Shown: piece by piece, positions 14,191-16,081 of the stretch
Layout: each line of letters opens with the position of its first letter
How positions within the stretch are numbered: position 1 is the first letter of the stretch
Origin: Nitrospinaceae bacterium
GTDB taxonomy: Bacteria > Nitrospinota > Nitrospinia > Nitrospinales > VA-1
NCBI GenBank assembly: GCA_046754465.1
Contig: JBHHVU010000066.1
Span: 1 to 16,081, forward strand
Length of the DNA stretch: 16,081 nucleotides
Direction of reading: 5' to 3'
Notes under the pieces: model-generated
What the model was told of the DNA's origin: nothing
The model's database searches: none
Seen by the model: the letters and a program-made list of their open reading frames with translations, nothing else
Position numbers and translations under genes: made by a program

Positions 14191-16073
14191 TCCTGACGGG
14201 GCCTCCCGGTATCCACGCGGGGGAACATCCCCCCAACCGAATCCGCCTGGCCCAGGGGACGGGCCCGCGTGGGAGCAAAGTACCGGACCAAGGAGCGGAC
14301 AAAAAGCCGAAGCAGAACCCGGCCCGCCCCAAAGACAGCTGGAAGGGAAAACAATATTCCTTTCACCAAGCCTTTTTTCTTCTGGGAAAGGATCATGAAC
14401 GCGTTGAGGTCCACCATATCCAGTGAAGAGCGGGCGATATCAATATCCTCCAGATTGACGTTCATCAATTTACGACCCTTTCCACCGGCGGCGGCCACGT
14501 CCAGCCGCAACTCGCCGGGCTGCATCCGGAACGTGAAAAGGAAGGCTTCGCTTTCACTCAAGGTGATCCGGAATTCGACTTTCCGGATCCACCACCCAAA
14601 CAGCCTGGAGAGAAAAGTGGATTTTCTCTTTTTGCGGTAACTGCCCAGTCCGGGCTCGAAAAGGGATGCGACGAACCGGTTTCGGAGGACAGGGTCGGGG
14701 CTCCCCTGCAGGTCGAACAAATACTGCCACACCACGGTGAACGAAAGAATCAGTCCGGCCATCCGCGGGACGGTCGATACTTTCTTAAAAGCAAAGGGCA
14801 CGCCGAAGGTCCGGCCATAACAATGGGAGAGCAGGTTGCTGATCTGATGCCTGGTCAATCGGTCCGAATGGACCACCGTTCCGTAATTGTTGTAATTGTC
14901 CCAGTCGCGGGATTCGATCAGATTTTTTTCCTGGTATTCGCGAAACACCTGGGTGCCCGGATAGGGTGTCATGACAAAATACAGCGCCCGGTGGTGGATG
15001 CCCAGCCGCTCGGAAAAATCGGGATAGCGTTTGATGTCCTCCTCCGTCTCGTGGGAGTGGCCGATGATGAAAAATCCCTCCACCTTCATCCCGCCCTGCT
15101 GAATGATACGGACGGCGCGCTCGTGCTTGGCGACGGAGCCCCCCTTGCGCAATCGGCGAAAGGTTTCCGGATCGGGACTCTCGATGCCGATCTGGATCTT
15201 TTCAAACCCCACGCGTCTCAGCTCCGGCATCAGGTGCTCACAGCGAATCACGTCATCAGACCGGGATTCGGTGATGATGCGGAAGTGGGTCAGGTTGCGC
15301 CGGAGCATCAGGTCCACGATTTTCTCCACCCGCGCCGGATCGAACAGGAAAATGGAGTCCCAAAACTTGACGATCTTTTTTTGGTTTGGATCGTGAATCC
15401 GCATCAACTCTTCCACGAAATGTTCCGGGCTTCGGGGCCGGAACGATTTGTTCACGGTGTCATTGGCGCAGAAGGTGCAACGGGCGATACAGCCCCTCGA
15501 ACTGTATACCGTGTCGATGGAGTACCGGTCCCCCCGCTCCCCAAACCGGGCGGGACGGATGCTCCGCATGGGCTGGGGTAATGTATCCAGGTCCGCGATG
15601 AGGTCCTGATCGGGATTATGGACGATCTCCCCGCCGCGCTTGAAGGACAGGCCAGGGATGTCCTCTCCCGGACCCCGCAAAACCAGGTCGCGGAGAACCC
15701 GTTCGCCTTCACCGCGGATCACTGCGTCGACGTTGGGGTCGGAAAGAACTTCATCCGTCAGGGCCGTGGGGTGGTAGCCTCCCATGACCACGAAGGCCCC
15801 GGCTTCCCGGGCCAGCCGGGCATACTCCCTGCCACTGTTGTACCCGCTGGACATGCAGGAGATGCCCACCAGGTCGAACCCGTGCCGTTTCAAATTCCGG
15901 ATGAAAGTCTTGAACGGTTTTTTATCGTAAGGACTGACGGGGATCGTCACCAGGGAAACGTCTTCCCGGATAAACGCCGCCAGGTGACAAAGCTCCGTCA
16001 GGTCGGAAGAGTAGGAATGGTTGGGCGGTTCGATTTTCTGGTGGCCCTTGAGCAGCGCAATTCTCTTAAACAA
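14175..16073 (-). CDS. Cobalamin (B12)-binding domain radical SAM protein with C-terminal extension; true start may lie at or just beyond the window edge
   Basis: B12-binding region DLVGISCMS...VVMGGYHPT...VIRGEGE, cluster motif SRGCIARCTFC (CxxxCxxC), plus IGIES, FIIG and TPYPGT. The frame stays open to the window end (nTG ACC CCT TTG), so an ATG at 16082 is possible. Confidence 0.88.
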   Translation of the reverse strand: MFKRIALLKGHQKIEPPNHSYSSDLTELCHLAAFIREDVSLVTIPVSPYDKKPFKTFIRNLKRHGFDLVGISCMSSGYNSGREYARLAREAGAFVVMGGYHPTALTDEVLSDPNVDAVIRGEGERVLRDLVLRGPGEDIPGLSFKRGGEIVHNPDQDLIADLDTLPQPMRSIRPARFGERGDRYSIDTVYSSRGCIARCTFCANDTVNKSFRPRSPEHFVEELMRIHDPNQKKIVKFWDSIFLFDPARVEKIVDLMLRRNLTHFRIITESRSDDVIRCEHLMPELRRVGFEKIQIGIESPDPETFRRLRKGGSVAKHERAVRIIQQGGMKVEGFFIIGHSHETEEDIKRYPDFSERLGIHHRALYFVMTPYPGTQVFREYQEKNLIESRDWDNYNNYGTVVHSDRLTRHQISNLLSHCYGRTFGVPFAFKKVSTVPRMAGLILSFTVVWQYLFDLQGSPDPVLRNRFVASLFEPGLGSYRKKRKSTFLSRLFGWWIRKVEFRITLSESEAFLFTFRMQPGELRLDVAAAGGKGRKLMNVNLEDIDIARSSLDMVDLNAFMILSQKKKGLVKGILFSLPAVFGAGRVLLRLFVRSLVRYFAPTRARPLGQADSVGGMFPRVDTGRPRQECTRP

Positions 16074-16081
16074 AGGGGTCA

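Noticed and set aside
5613..16073. Hopanoid side-chain cluster (HpnL-like membrane protein, HpnO-like class III aminotransferase, HpnJ/HpnP-like B12 radical SAM)
   Set aside because: The families overlap, but there is no shc, hpnH, hpnG, hpnI or hpnK in the window, and ino1/NTase/DIPPS explain the context better. Not fully excluded.

Overview
GC-rich bacterial chromosomal window, with no mobile elements, CRISPR or rRNA seen. From left to right it holds: (i) tRNA-Thr(UGU) on the minus strand with a sigma70-type promoter; (ii) a minus-strand tdh-kbl (threonine catabolism) operon ending in an Rmd-like GDP-sugar SDR; (iii) an ~8.5 kb, 8-gene inositol-centred cluster in two convergent arms; (iv) a B12-binding radical SAM gene overlapping an amidohydrolase/deaminase gene. 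The + arm of the inositol cluster encodes a HAD hydrolase, an NTP transferase and an LPG-synthase-TM/flippase-like protein. The - arm encodes an ATP-grasp protein, a class III aminotransferase, a Gfo/Idh/MocA dehydrogenase, a DIPPS-like CDP-alcohol phosphotransferase and myo-inositol-1-phosphate synthase. The best candidate for a new system is this cluster. It has the core of a CDP-inositol route to inositol lipids or solutes, plus a dehydrogenase/aminotransferase pair (possible amino-inositol head group) and an ATP-grasp enzyme whose motifs look more like ITPK1-type inositol-phosphate kinases than RimK ligases. A likely non-canonical ATA start codon was also found. All functional calls come from motif recognition by eye; no database searches were run.
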